From positions 1 through 42,966 of the IMG/VR virus record IMGVR_UViG_3300045988_127396: DNA of 42,966 nt. One strand, 5' to 3'. The translations under genes and the position numbers were made by a program. Origin of the DNA: a virus. Shown one piece after another: positions 25,501-34,899 of the stretch; within the stretch, counting starts at the first letter, position 1; each line of letters opens with the position of its first letter. Below the pieces are notes generated by a model. The model was not told the origin of the DNA, made no database searches, and saw only the letters and a program-made list of their open reading frames with translations.

Positions 25501-26655
25501 CGCGCTATCCATTGATTCATTCAGCGACTTAGATAAATTCTTCATTACTCCAGAAGACTCCACCATTAAGCCGTTAAGCTTATTCAGTACTTTTCTAGTT
25601 GCTTGAACTCCATTATTGAACGTTTCAAAGTTGTTAGACTCTAATTGGTCTGATAACTTCTTATGATCTTCTTTAAGTCCGTTAACAGAGTCTCTTAAAG
25701 CTTCCATCTCTTTAGTTCCTGGGCCTTCACCTTTCATAAAGTCCTTGAACTTTTTCATGTGGCCAACAGCTGTTACTGCAAATGCTCCAATAGCAGCACC
25801 CGCAACCCCAAAGGCACTAGTAAGCCCTAGTAAGCCACCAGTTAGCACTCCAGCCATCGCTCCAACCGTTGCTAATGCTCCAGTGGCAGCAGCACCAAAA
25901 GCCGCGATTGATGGTATTACAGCTATGAATGTACCTTTTAAAATATTACCTAGAACAACACCCCAAGATCTGATTGACTCAGCAATGTTGTCTAAATCTC
26001 TATAAAAACGCTCGTTTCTTGCTCTAATTTGCAAGAATATTTCTTTTCCAATTTCTCTAGCTTTTAAGTTAGCTATTTCTTTTCTGAATAAAGCCGTTCT
26101 GGCTTTAACATTAATGTGGTAGTCCCTTTTCTTTGCTAATAACGCGTTTAACTTAGCTGTAAAGCCTTTTGTATCAGCATGAACAGAAACCTCTATTTTC
26201 TTACGCAAACCGCTCTCACTGGCTTTTAATTCAGCCATTTTCTTGCGATATTCGCTAATATCTAATGTGACTGGCTTTTTAATATGATCCTTGCTCCACT
26301 GTGTTGCAATAATCTTAATTTCATCAAGCTTACGTTTAGCGCGTGTTATATCAGCATCTATAGGTTTACTTTCTTCCCTAGACACTTCACGCGCTTTTTC
26401 GTTCACTTGGTTCAATTTAGCAATGGCCTTAGTCACGTTAGCATCAACGTCTTTTGTACTTTCTTTTGCTAATTCTTTTGCTTTTTGGTCTACTCGTTCC
26501 ATTTTTGCCATTGCTCGTTTTACATCAGCATCAATTGGCTTTGTACACTCAAAAGCTGTTTCTTTAATCTTCTTGTCAACTTGTGACATCTTACGTAAGA
26601 AACTTGATATATCAGCACTTATTTTAGCATTAAAACGTTCCTGCATAGCGCGCAC
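22576..26655 (-). CDS. Tape measure protein (1359 aa)
   Basis: N-terminal coiled-coil repeats, central hydrophobic (TM-like) stretches, ~350-aa low-complexity S/N/A/T/Q-rich segment, and position after the G/GT chaperones. Confidence 0.85.
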   Translation of the reverse strand: MRAMQERFNAKISADISSFLRKMSQVDKKIKETAFECTKPIDADVKRAMAKMERVDQKAKELAKESTKDVDANVTKAIAKLNQVNEKAREVSREESKPIDADITRAKRKLDEIKIIATQWSKDHIKKPVTLDISEYRKKMAELKASESGLRKKIEVSVHADTKGFTAKLNALLAKKRDYHINVKARTALFRKEIANLKAREIGKEIFLQIRARNERFYRDLDNIAESIRSWGVVLGNILKGTFIAVIPSIAAFGAAATGALATVGAMAGVLTGGLLGLTSAFGVAGAAIGAFAVTAVGHMKKFKDFMKGEGPGTKEMEALRDSVNGLKEDHKKLSDQLESNNFETFNNGVQATRKVLNKLNGLMVESSGVMKNLSKSLNESMDSAPMERFFNYLNSNGASTLDKVARGVGFFGRSLASLMVAFGPLAASMSQGFLDMSKRVDEWSAKLADSQGMKQFTNYVNENMPKIRGAFRDLAVGLVQMFAAFGPMAATAMSWFERLMGRFREWSSQLSQNQAFKNFVKYIEEAAPKVGQLIGNLSKTFSLLAQGMAPLAMSILNVANAFLQWFNALMQTNPGVAQLIAKMITLAGVALAVVPALTLIHSWLKPIEEGGLGVKAALTAVSEVFGRVGVSMLGVVATIGVVVAAFVHLYNTNQTTHDLMNSIWTNIKQLFVTFAQIAMQAINMVVSVLGSLVSAAAPVINVVLSIVNAFLSWLNQTLQNNQWLRTLIATVLAAAGAFRLIVTVVTTVKAAMTVLSAAVNASKVALAAWGAVSSVVSAAGTVITTVLAAVRVAFMSLLGPWGIVAAVIIGGLVTLYNKCEWFRNAVDAVFKAIGDVFKWIGDKIGKALEYVGLKSKESSQQVSESMDQMKQKAQESGEGTAAAAEGAAGRIAQSSASASASLDGMSASFANLDASAIAHFTSISNSMMSLTGIGAMGALTNITGMVMNSDMQFMQMSNSANLNMAAVNTAATTNTAMAAENVNANLSAMTLNSNAQLDALSANATAQFGAINSVAGMQTGLMPGVVGANLSQVDMAAQTSLNNVSMTNQATWENVANTANTATANLATGVVSNFQNMQSQVQSAMQGVTSAVEQGCSQVQSTTSSTFSSVASNISSTMASISSNISSSFSTISSTVQQAASQMEQTLQNAFNSINNATSNSMSQLENRIRQAQSTVVSTVQQMGSQAVSTLQSYYGQFVSAGGYLMDGFIAGMQSRAGAVMATAQSIANAAAAAIRSALAIHSPSRVVAKITRWVPMGMVVGMKDTAKKAINYAGKLATQVADNINYAVSPANLNSDINNIGVTRNDIISGEVRTEYDFSKRPMQLNLQLGNNAFGKFVDDVNSVNKQNIQLEEVYSI

Positions 26656-26669
26656 CCTCCTTCTAAATT

Positions 26670-27137
26670 CTATTTTTCTTGGTAATCGTTAAACCAGTTT
26701 CTAAGGGCTTCAGTTTGCTCCTTAGAATACACTTGGCCTCTTTCTTCATTATTCTTCAGAACTTTCTTGCGGGCCTTATCTCCATTAAATAGCTTTTTAG
26801 AGGTGATACGTTTTTCATTATTAGCACGCGCATTAAATATAGCAGCGATTGAAAAGCGTTCTAGTTCGTCTACTTCATCCAGGAATGCACCTTTTAAAAA
26901 GTTCTGATATTCCCTATTAGTCCATGAATACATCAACTGCACATCATAAACTTTTAAATACCTTGATACACTTTGCTCAAAGTCATCAAAATTTATACTG
27001 TTACTCCCAGATCCTTCAGCGACTCCTTGATCATTTGATAAGCTCTCTTGTTGTCTTCCTTCTCCGTTTCCGTCTTCCCTTGAGTATTTAAGATCGTTAA
27101 GCCATCTTTCAACTTCGCTGCTTTTCTTCTGAAAAAA
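26670..27137 (-). CDS. T extension of tail assembly chaperone G-T, reached by programmed -1 ribosomal frameshift at TTTTTTC (minus-strand 27137-27131)
   Basis: Checked by hand: the -1 frame is open from the heptamer down to 26942 and runs on into ORF 26670-26942, which itself begins with GTG (not a start codon). Confidence 0.65.
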   Translation of the reverse strand, partial: FFQKKSSEVERWLNDLKYSREDGNGEGRQQESLSNDQGVAEGSGSNSINFDDFEQSVSRYLKVYDVQLMYSWTNREYQNFLKGAFLDEVDELERFSIAAIFNARANNEKRITSKKLFNGDKARKKVLKNNEERGQVYSKEQTEALRNWFNDYQEK

Positions 27138-27445
27138 GCACTATCATCCAACACGCTCATTGCTTCTTTAAATAATTGTAAAGTATCTCCTTCTTCATCA
27201 ATTCTTTCTTGTAAAGCTTGTTCAATATCTTCACGCTTAAATTTTCGGTTAGGTATATAAGCTGTACCGCAATCCCAGAATTTTACAAGTGCTTCTTCAT
27301 CGTTTTGGATAATTCCCATAAAAATATCAGAAAAAGCATCTGTTTGTTCGTTTCCATTTTGATATTCTTGCTTAGCACGTTTAGCAAATGCAAACGTTCC
27401 TTTTGCTTCGTATTCGTTTCCTTTAATAGTTAAAAATGCTGCCAT
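26993..27445 (-). CDS. Tail assembly chaperone G
   Basis: 150-aa acidic protein immediately upstream of the TMP. Contains slippery heptamer T_TTT_TTC near its 3' end. Confidence 0.7.
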   Translation of the reverse strand: MAAFLTIKGNEYEAKGTFAFAKRAKQEYQNGNEQTDAFSDIFMGIIQNDEEALVKFWDCGTAYIPNRKFKREDIEQALQERIDEEGDTLQLFKEAMSVLDDSAFFRRKAAKLKDGLTILNTQGKTETEKEDNKRAYQMIKESLKDLGVTV

Positions 27446-27469
27446 TGTTGTATTCTCCTTGTTTTTTAA

Positions 27470-27500
27470 TAAAATTAAAAAGGGTGATTATTCACCCTTT
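27470..27500 (-). terminator. Hairpin (AAGGGTGA-TTAT-TCACCCTT) plus U-tract on the minus strand after the major tail protein gene; likely partial terminator/attenuator
   Basis: Seen in sequence. Classic placement after a highly expressed MTP gene. Confidence 0.45.
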
Positions 27501-27566
27501 ATTATATGCTTTCTACTCTTGCTGGTTGGCCACCTCGTTCAGTTGCCACTTCACTAGCTGGCGCCG

Positions 27567-28076
27567 TTACTTTTTTGTACGTACATTACCAGTAGTTTCT
27601 CCTGGTTTTTCAAAGTCGTAACTTCCAGCGTTTAAGAACTCGTCTGGTAATTTATCTAACTCACCAAGTTTAGACTCTCCAATTACTTGAAGTGTTCCGT
27701 TTAACTCAACAAACCCATCAGCTGGTTCTTCTTTTTCTACTGACTCAATTAAGCAACGCGCAAATACTGCATCGTGTTTATCGTTGGGTTTTACTGTTTT
27801 ATCAACAAGCCAAGCTTTTATTTCTTTCTTATCTTTAATCGCGCGCATTACTTCTTTTTGACCTTCATCATCACTTTCACCATAACAAGTAAATTCTAGT
27901 GACTCTGATGTTGGCCCATAAGCTAACACACGCCCAAATTTAGTTTGTTCGTCAGCTAAATCATTTTCAATCGCATGTTTAGTTTCTGTTAAACTTCCAA
28001 CGATGCAACCTTTATCTCCTTTAGCTTTATCTTCTACTTGTAATATTAATACTGTATCTTTACCACTTTTTGGCAT
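27567..28076 (-). CDS. Major tail protein
   Basis: 169 aa, position between the tail terminator and the chaperones, followed by a hairpin. Confidence 0.7.
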   Translation of the reverse strand: MPKSGKDTVLILQVEDKAKGDKGCIVGSLTETKHAIENDLADEQTKFGRVLAYGPTSESLEFTCYGESDDEGQKEVMRAIKDKKEIKAWLVDKTVKPNDKHDAVFARCLIESVEKEEPADGFVELNGTLQVIGESKLGELDKLPDEFLNAGSYDFEKPGETTGNVRTKK

Positions 28077-28079
28077 AGT

Positions 28080-28469
28080 TTAGTTCTCCTTTATATAAAA
28101 TTTAAGTCTTAGTATTCCATGTTGTGTACGACCATCTATATCATCAATAACAGTAAGTGTTAGCATTTCAGTTTTAAAGACTTTAAATTCTTCGTTTAAC
28201 TCTAAGTGTTTCTTTGATATAGTCTTAAGCGCACTATCAAGCATTTCATAACATTCTTTTTTACCTTTGTAATTGCTCCAGGCGTGAATTGTGAAAATCA
28301 CTTCTTCACCAAAATTCGTTTTCGTTACAAATTCTTTAGTTTCTGGAGTACCAACAACGATGTAAGGATATTCAGTACTATGTTCAACATAATCAAATAC
28401 CTTATATCCAGTTTCTTTTAACCTTGTAAATAATGCTATTTGTAAAGGTAATAGTGATGTTTTTATCAT
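28080..28469 (-). CDS. Tail terminator-like protein
   Basis: Synteny (head-tail connector series immediately before the MTP). 129 aa. Confidence 0.45.
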   Translation of the reverse strand: MIKTSLLPLQIALFTRLKETGYKVFDYVEHSTEYPYIVVGTPETKEFVTKTNFGEEVIFTIHAWSNYKGKKECYEMLDSALKTISKKHLELNEEFKVFKTEMLTLTVIDDIDGRTQHGILRLKFYIKEN

Positions 28470-28483
28470 TGATTATCTCCTTC

Positions 28484-28891
28484 CTAAAGACTATTTAATT
28501 CAGATATCCAGAACGCACGACCAATTTCAATCGATGGATACCAGAACGGTTGTGGGTGGATCCCATACATAGTAACCCACCTATTTAATTTAGTTGAATA
28601 GAAACGCCAAGGAATTTTTTTCGCTCTACTTCCTCTAGTTGCATATATCCCAGTACCAAATTCAATATATATCCCGTGTTCAGCTCCAACACGTACATCA
28701 GCGGTGAACCCACCAACTGAACTTTCGATTGAACCTCTTAACTGGCCTTCATCAACTGGAGCAAGCCCCTTAGCATTATCTTCAATTGTGTGTGCTGTGT
28801 TTGCTACTATCCTTTGTACCTTCTTGCTTACTTTTTGAGTATAAGCCCTTGCATATGCTTCTAACGGAGGACATCCAAATTTTATTGACAT
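28484..28891 (-). CDS. HK97 gp10-family tail completion/neck protein
   Basis: Synteny only (135 aa, third ORF of the head-tail connector series); the gp10-family call is tentative. Confidence 0.55.
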   Translation of the reverse strand: MSIKFGCPPLEAYARAYTQKVSKKVQRIVANTAHTIEDNAKGLAPVDEGQLRGSIESSVGGFTADVRVGAEHGIYIEFGTGIYATRGSRAKKIPWRFYSTKLNRWVTMYGIHPQPFWYPSIEIGRAFWISELNSL

Positions 28892-29208
28892 TTTCTAATA
28901 GCAGCCCTTACTATCTCTTGTTGGCCGCCTTGATCTTCGAAATCACTTACGAACTCGTACCTAACACCCAAATAAACTAGTATCATATCTTTAGCAAGAT
29001 GTTCTAATTCGTTATATCTGAAATATAAGTATCTATCAAAAGTAAATTCTAATTTAGCAGCTTGCAAGCGTTCGTTACTGCTTGGAGTGTCAACAAAGCA
29101 CTCTAATTGTTTAACCACTTCATCAGTTTCAGTATGGCCGCCCGCTCCGTCTTCAATGTATTTTTTGGCGTGTACTTCTACTGTGTGTGGAAATTCATTA
29201 AAAAGCAT
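28882..29208 (-). CDS. Head closure (head-tail joining) protein
   Basis: Synteny. 108 aa. Confidence 0.5.
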   Translation of the reverse strand: MLFNEFPHTVEVHAKKYIEDGAGGHTETDEVVKQLECFVDTPSSNERLQAAKLEFTFDRYLYFRYNELEHLAKDMILVYLGVRYEFVSDFEDQGGQQEIVRAAIRKCQ

Positions 29209-29506
29209 GGAATTTCAACCTTCTATATGGCGTTAGTAATGATAGCATACTTTCGGGATATTCAGTATTGTAAGTGTACGATACTGTTCCCATCGACCTT
29301 GATTTTAACTCAACTGGTACCATATTTAGTTTTATTGCTTTTGAAATAAACAGTAAAACGGCTTGCGGTACTTCATCATCAAAATCATTGTTACAATAAG
29401 CTTTCACCCAGTCTAAGCAAATAGAATAGTATAGAGTGATAAACTCATCATGTTCATCACTCTTAATGTTGGATAGCATTTTAATTTTTTTAATGTAATT
29501 ATTCAT
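29198..29506 (-). CDS. gp6-like head-tail connector/adaptor
   Basis: Synteny immediately after the capsid gene. 102 aa. Confidence 0.55.
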   Translation of the reverse strand: MNNYIKKIKMLSNIKSDEHDEFITLYYSICLDWVKAYCNNDFDDEVPQAVLLFISKAIKLNMVPVELKSRSMGTVSYTYNTEYPESMLSLLTPYRRLKFHAF

Positions 29507-29657
29507 CTGTATCAGCTTCTTTTACTTCTTTTTTAGCTGCTTTCTTAGGTGCAGCCTTTTCCTTAACAATAGTATATTTCTGATGTGCATATACGTTCTC
29601 ATATGCAAATTCAGTAACCTCTACTATTCGACCATCTGGCGTTTGTACCTTAATCAA
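29499..29657 (-). CDS. Small 52-aa ORF MIKVQTPDGRIVEVTEFAYENVYAHQKYTIVKEKAAPKKAAKKEVKEADTDE (TTG start, RBS GAGGTG), not in the ORF track
   Basis: Fills the gap between the capsid and the connector gene. Stop overlaps the next ATG (ATGAATAA). Confidence 0.3.
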   Translation of the reverse strand: MIKVQTPDGRIVEVTEFAYENVYAHQKYTIVKEKAAPKKAAKKEVKEADTDE

Positions 29658-29682
29658 GTCGTTCACCTCGTTTATTTATTTA

Positions 29683-30597
29683 TTATCCTACTTTAGGTTT
29701 TAAAGCAGCAAATGCATCATCTTTAACATTTAAGTAAGCAACATGCATTGTAGCTCTTAAAGCAAACATATCTTGCTCAAATAGGTTTACTGGTTTTCCG
29801 TCAGCACCTTGGATAGTTGATAATTGTGCATCTGTTGAAACAGCATACTCAATATCTTGTAACACTCCATAACGTGCATAATCCCAGTCACCAGTTATTG
29901 CAACTGCTTTAGTTTTGTCAATGATATCTTTTGATGCGTATGAAATTGGTAACCCTAAAATCTCATTTGACTTAGAATCAAACATTGGGTGGCCATCATT
30001 ATCAGTTACGCTTCTCATTTTAGCTTTAAATGCTCTTGATGTTAGTAACCCGTTAGGATCATGCTCATCAGCTTCAACTAATGCTAATAAGTCAGCTAAA
30101 TCAAAGTAAAGGTTTTTCCCAGTACCTTCTGTAACTGTTTTATGTTTAGCATCAGCCATTTCAAAGATTGATTTTCCAGTTCCCCATGGTGAGTCAGTAC
30201 CAAATAATACAGCTGAGTCAAACGCTCTATAGAACGCTTCAGCGATTAATGGTGCTGCAATCTTCATAAAGTCTCGAACGCTGTAACGTAAAAATTCTTT
30301 AGAGAATGGAATAATAACACCCAGTTTCTTAGCTTCCATTTCAGCTTGTTTCCATTCAACTTTAGAAGTTTGAATACGTTCAGCTTCTGACACCCAGTAA
30401 GCCCCTGGCCCTTTAGCTAAGAATGTGAATTTTTTCTTAGGTTTTCCAAGCATATCTTCATATTTAGCTAACTGCATTACAGCTGAATTTTTAATTACTT
30501 CTTTTAATACTAGAGTACCTTCAGACTCTGGAATTTTACCAGTTTTTGCATCTTGTAATAATACGTTATTCGGATCGTGTGGTTTTGTTGTTGCCAT
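29683..30597 (-). CDS. Major capsid protein
   Basis: 304 aa, follows the scaffold gene. Confidence 0.75.
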   Translation of the reverse strand: MATTKPHDPNNVLLQDAKTGKIPESEGTLVLKEVIKNSAVMQLAKYEDMLGKPKKKFTFLAKGPGAYWVSEAERIQTSKVEWKQAEMEAKKLGVIIPFSKEFLRYSVRDFMKIAAPLIAEAFYRAFDSAVLFGTDSPWGTGKSIFEMADAKHKTVTEGTGKNLYFDLADLLALVEADEHDPNGLLTSRAFKAKMRSVTDNDGHPMFDSKSNEILGLPISYASKDIIDKTKAVAITGDWDYARYGVLQDIEYAVSTDAQLSTIQGADGKPVNLFEQDMFALRATMHVAYLNVKDDAFAALKPKVG

Positions 30598-30611
30598 ATA
30601 ATTTTACCTCT

Positions 30612-31187
30612 TTACTTTCTTATATTAAATTGATTAGCTATTTCAGCTATGTTATTTGAATTGTTTTGACCGCCTTCAAAAGTTTTCACTTCGCGGCCAT
30701 TACCTTTGAACTTAGCATCTACTTGGCTTTGTACAGCGTTTTGGAATAACTCGTTAAAGCTTTCTAAGTTTGAGTTAGTTTCATCTTCATCATTACCAAT
30801 TAGATGGTTGACAAAATCTAATGGTAAGCCCAGATCATTAGCTTTCTTCATGGCAAAATTAGTAAGCTTTTCACGTTCTCTTTCCAGTCTATCGCTTTCA
30901 AGTTGTGCTTTAAGTTCTCTTATTTCTTTTTGTTCTGGAGTTTCTCCAGGGTTACGTTTAGAAACTTCTTCATCAATCAATTTACTTAAGTTATTATCTT
31001 TCCAAGTCTGTAACCCCTTAGAAAAGTGGCTGTCTAGTCTTGGTTGTAAAAGCTTAGCGCCCTCTTGACTATCTAAGTAACTGTTTATCTCCTCGGCCGT
31101 TGGTTTTTTCAGTTCGCTTAGATATTCACTAACTGCGCTGTCTTGTGAATTAGTTTCTATAAATGTTTTGACTTCTTGTAAGTCCAT
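30612..31187 (-). CDS. Scaffolding protein
   Basis: Acidic, helical, coiled-coil-rich 191-aa protein between minor head and capsid genes. Confidence 0.65.
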   Translation of the reverse strand: MDLQEVKTFIETNSQDSAVSEYLSELKKPTAEEINSYLDSQEGAKLLQPRLDSHFSKGLQTWKDNNLSKLIDEEVSKRNPGETPEQKEIRELKAQLESDRLEREREKLTNFAMKKANDLGLPLDFVNHLIGNDEDETNSNLESFNELFQNAVQSQVDAKFKGNGREVKTFEGGQNNSNNIAEIANQFNIRK

Positions 31188-31273
31188 GTGTTTACCTCCC
31201 GCCCATTAAGTTCGCGCCTTAATGTTCTGATGTATTTTATTTAGAAAGTTTAACGTCTTATCCAGGACAAAAT

Positions 31274-32326
31274 TTATTTCTTTATATTTTCTTTATAAAG
31301 TTCTTTGTTATCTTTAATAAAATCTTTGCGCCACTCGTTGTAAGTGACATATTCTATCTTTTTATTAGGTGCAACAACTTCACGCTTAGCACGCTTTGTA
31401 GCTTCACCTTTGCTTAAATCTTCATGTTTAATTAGTTCCGTTATCCTCTTGGCCAGTTTCTTCTGGTACTTAGGATCATCGTAATTCCTTGATGTTCTAA
31501 ACTTAGGTAAGCCCCTAAGCACATGGCACCTGCAATTAATATCTTCGCTTGGTACTCCAAACATCCTTGGCCCTTTCGCTTTATGGCCACCACTGTGAAA
31601 GTAACCATCTTCATCAGCTTTACGACCGTCTAGCGCTGCATGTGAAGCCCTAACCCTACTATCTAAGGTTGCTAACCAGTACTTATTTACTGATATTCCC
31701 GCTTTCTTAAGCTGCTTATCACTTTCTAAGGTTGCCATTGTTCTAGCTCGTCCATTCTCTGTACGAACAACACGGCGCGCTTTAGTTGCGCTTATTCCTA
31801 CCTTCTTGCTAATCTCCTGGGCTGTTTTCTCATAACTATCACCCTTGATAGCACCTTGTGTTATAGTCTTTTGTATCTCTCTTACTATCTCACTTCGATG
31901 TTGTGCCAATACATTAGGTAGTTTCATCTTATCTATAGGGTTGTTTAGCAGCTTATTAAGTACATTCTCACTTGGAATGTCAAACCCCATCTCAATAGCA
32001 CTTTGTATCTTAGTATCGTATATATCGTATATTCGTTGCTCTAAGAATACGTTTCTATTAGAGTTTCTAATCTCTTTTAAGATGCTCTTATATGCTCCAG
32101 TAGTCTTACTCTCAAACTGTTTCATGAACTTTCTTAATCGTCCATACTTTGATAACTGCGACCAAGTAAGCTGGCCACCTTTGCTAAGTGATCCATACAT
32201 CTGGCCAAGTAAGCCCAAGTACTCTTGTGTTAAGTTCAAGAATACCTGGTCAATGGCTTCATTAGCTTCAACGCTATACTGCGCTATCTTTGCTTCTAGT
32301 TCTGTTAACATCTTCTTCACCTTCAA
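31274..32326 (-). CDS. Minor head/head morphogenesis protein (Phage_Mu_F / SPP1 gp7 family)
   Basis: Conserved RVRASHAALDGRK...CRCHV motif. Confidence 0.75.
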   Translation of the reverse strand: MKVKKMLTELEAKIAQYSVEANEAIDQVFLNLTQEYLGLLGQMYGSLSKGGQLTWSQLSKYGRLRKFMKQFESKTTGAYKSILKEIRNSNRNVFLEQRIYDIYDTKIQSAIEMGFDIPSENVLNKLLNNPIDKMKLPNVLAQHRSEIVREIQKTITQGAIKGDSYEKTAQEISKKVGISATKARRVVRTENGRARTMATLESDKQLKKAGISVNKYWLATLDSRVRASHAALDGRKADEDGYFHSGGHKAKGPRMFGVPSEDINCRCHVLRGLPKFRTSRNYDDPKYQKKLAKRITELIKHEDLSKGEATKRAKREVVAPNKKIEYVTYNEWRKDFIKDNKELYKENIKK

Positions 32327-33671
32327 TCGGTTCTAGTGGCTCGTTAGAGTATCTTAAAGCTTCTTCTTCTAGCTTTTCTTTCTCAAAGTCAACATCATCT
32401 ATTAATGTTGATTGACTTAATCTAGTATCTTCACTAACCACACCTTGTAATGTTGTTAAGATTTGCGCTTCTTCTAGTCTGTTTACTGGTATATTTCTAG
32501 TGAACGTGAAATACATATCCAGGTAAGACTCATCATTTAAGCTAAACCCTCTATGTTTCCAAGCCGTGAACAATACTTTAAATTGGTACATTAAAGCACT
32601 CTTGAACTTACGTTCTGAAACTATCGACTTGTTTTCTAGCGCCATTAGTTTGTACCTAATAGCAACCCCAGAACTATTGCCACCAAATGTTTCATCGTTA
32701 AAGTTTACAGTCTTAGCAAACTTAGCAATGTTAGCATCCAGAAGATTAAGCACATTCATTATAATTGAGTCGTTAACATCTTTAGTTAAGTACTTGATAT
32801 CCATTCTTTCATCGATTAGTTCAAATACTCCAGTCTTGTGCAACTGTTCCAGGGTTTCTGGATCAGCACCCATTCCCTTAAGCACCAAATAAGCAAGCCT
32901 TCCCGCTTCTATCTCACTAACTGCACCAGATACAATTTTGTCATAAGCATCAATCAATGTGTACACCTTTTCAGCATCACCCATTAATTCATCATTGTTC
33001 TTAACCCCAAACAGTGGCACGTGTTCAAACATATGTAATTGTTGATCAACAAAATTTATACTTCCGTTTTGACCTTTAAAGTAATAAATATACTTATCAT
33101 CGTAAAATTCACATTCAATATTGTTGTCATTGTCAACCGCATATCTCATAGCATATACTGGCTCTGAAATGTTATCACCGAAAAATACAGCTTCCCAAGG
33201 CTTGATATTTTTAATGCGTTCATTACCTTCTAAGTCGATGTAACATAACCTTGCTGCATAACCACAAATAGTGGCCAGTTTACCAAGTTCACTGTCTAAG
33301 TCTTCAGCTAAGTTCCTTAAATTAAAGTTCTTAATCTTTTCTTTAAGTTTGTCATCTTCTTTGTCATAGTCATACACAATAGGTACACCATACATATATC
33401 CAGTTTTAGTATCGACTATATCGCTATCGTAACTGTTAGCAACTGAATTATGTATCTTGTCATCGATACGATAAACATTACCACCAGTTTCAAAGTCACC
33501 CAGCTTAACCGCTTCTTGTTGAAATATAGGTACTTCAACGCCCTTATAACGGTTGTATTTAGTCTTGTTTTTATTCATCTTGGCAATGTTTTTCTCTATT
33601 ACCTTGATGATTATTTCTTTTGTTATTCCACTTGCCTGGATCTGTTCTATAAATTCATTGTTTGTATTCAT
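32274..33671 (-). CDS. Portal protein (SPP1 gp6-type)
   Basis: 465 aa, directly downstream of TerL, acidic C-terminus. Confidence 0.85.
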   Translation of the reverse strand: MNTNNEFIEQIQASGITKEIIIKVIEKNIAKMNKNKTKYNRYKGVEVPIFQQEAVKLGDFETGGNVYRIDDKIHNSVANSYDSDIVDTKTGYMYGVPIVYDYDKEDDKLKEKIKNFNLRNLAEDLDSELGKLATICGYAARLCYIDLEGNERIKNIKPWEAVFFGDNISEPVYAMRYAVDNDNNIECEFYDDKYIYYFKGQNGSINFVDQQLHMFEHVPLFGVKNNDELMGDAEKVYTLIDAYDKIVSGAVSEIEAGRLAYLVLKGMGADPETLEQLHKTGVFELIDERMDIKYLTKDVNDSIIMNVLNLLDANIAKFAKTVNFNDETFGGNSSGVAIRYKLMALENKSIVSERKFKSALMYQFKVLFTAWKHRGFSLNDESYLDMYFTFTRNIPVNRLEEAQILTTLQGVVSEDTRLSQSTLIDDVDFEKEKLEEEALRYSNEPLEPIEGEEDVNRTRSKDSAV

Positions 33672-33672
33672 T

Positions 33673-34899
33673 CTAGCGTTCAGCCCCCTTTCTTCTAGCT
33701 TTTAATCTCATATGAGAGTATATAGCATATCTCATAGAGTCCATCACATCATCATTTTCTTTTACTGGGTTCCCAGTCTTTTCATCCCATACATAGTTAT
33801 AAATTTCTTTTTTAAAAACTTTCACTTTGTCAGATACAACAAAAAAGCGGCCAAGCTTTATAAGTCTTGCCACTTCCTCTATCCCACTTAATACACTTTT
33901 ATCAGCGTTTATGGCCCTTATACGTTCCCGTCTGAAGCGTTCAACGTGTTCTGGCCTTGCACTATCACAATAAAAGTTTATGTTACCATATCGCGCCTTT
34001 ATATCAAGCGCAACATCAGCCCAGTAATCTATTTCTTTAAATTGCTTAGCATGTTCTTCCAGTAAGTACCAGTTGTTTAGCTTGTCTATACCAAACACCA
34101 CTATACTGCCAAAGTGACTGTAACCCCAGTCAACCCCAGCTATGTAAGTTTCAAACTCAATGTTATCAACATCACTAATAAAGTGCTTGTTACTGTCAAA
34201 ATCACTGTACACAACACCTTCACCAGTCACCCATAACCCTCTAATATCTCTATCGTAGAACATACCAGATGGCGTTGACTCTTTAATATTCTGGATATAC
34301 CTTGGTGATAAAAATGTATTATCATCTAATTCAAAATGATAAGATATTATGTTTTCGCTTTTGCTGTCAATATATTCTTTCTTTAACCAGTGTTCTGGGT
34401 TGTCTGGGTTGGTATCAAACACAATCCTAGCACCATCACCAGAACAACGGGATATAATCTCTTTAAAAACTTTCTCATTGGCCAGGGATGCTTCATTGAC
34501 ATAAGCGCCAAAGGCTGTCATACCTCTGATACCACCTAAGCCCCCTATTGTACCAGTGAAGGCCTGCACGACCTTAACACCGAACAACGTAAATGAGTTG
34601 TGTTTATCAAACTTAATGTCTAGCTGGTATCTATTGTATATCTCTTGCAATACGTTGTTTTGTATTGTCTTACTCGATACACCAGCTAATATATACATTG
34701 GTTCTTTTATCTTAAGATTATCAGCAATCTTACGAACCCTTATTAATTCCCTTAAGAATATATCATTATTAATAACAGTCTTACCAGTTCGCTTAGCACC
34801 GTGTAAGCCAAGTATAAAGAAGTCTTCTGTATTGGTTCGCTTAAGTATTTCAATCTGTTTAGGGGTGTATAATCTATTTAAGTTCATTAATCTCACCAT
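33673..34899 (-). CDS. terL: Terminase large subunit (PBSX/Terminase_3-like)
   Basis: Walker A LHGAKRTGKT. C-terminal RNaseH-like nuclease region with DVMDSMRYAIY. Confidence 0.9.
   Translation of the reverse strand: MVRLMNLNRLYTPKQIEILKRTNTEDFFILGLHGAKRTGKTVINNDIFLRELIRVRKIADNLKIKEPMYILAGVSSKTIQNNVLQEIYNRYQLDIKFDKHNSFTLFGVKVVQAFTGTIGGLGGIRGMTAFGAYVNEASLANEKVFKEIISRCSGDGARIVFDTNPDNPEHWLKKEYIDSKSENIISYHFELDDNTFLSPRYIQNIKESTPSGMFYDRDIRGLWVTGEGVVYSDFDSNKHFISDVDNIEFETYIAGVDWGYSHFGSIVVFGIDKLNNWYLLEEHAKQFKEIDYWADVALDIKARYGNINFYCDSARPEHVERFRRERIRAINADKSVLSGIEEVARLIKLGRFFVVSDKVKVFKKEIYNYVWDEKTGNPVKENDDVMDSMRYAIYSHMRLKARRKGAER

Noticed and set aside
31188-31273. Hairpin CATTAAG-TTCGCGC-CTTAATG between minor head and scaffold genes
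   Set aside because: No adjacent U-tract on the transcribed strand. Possibly a processing or stability element, but too weak to call.
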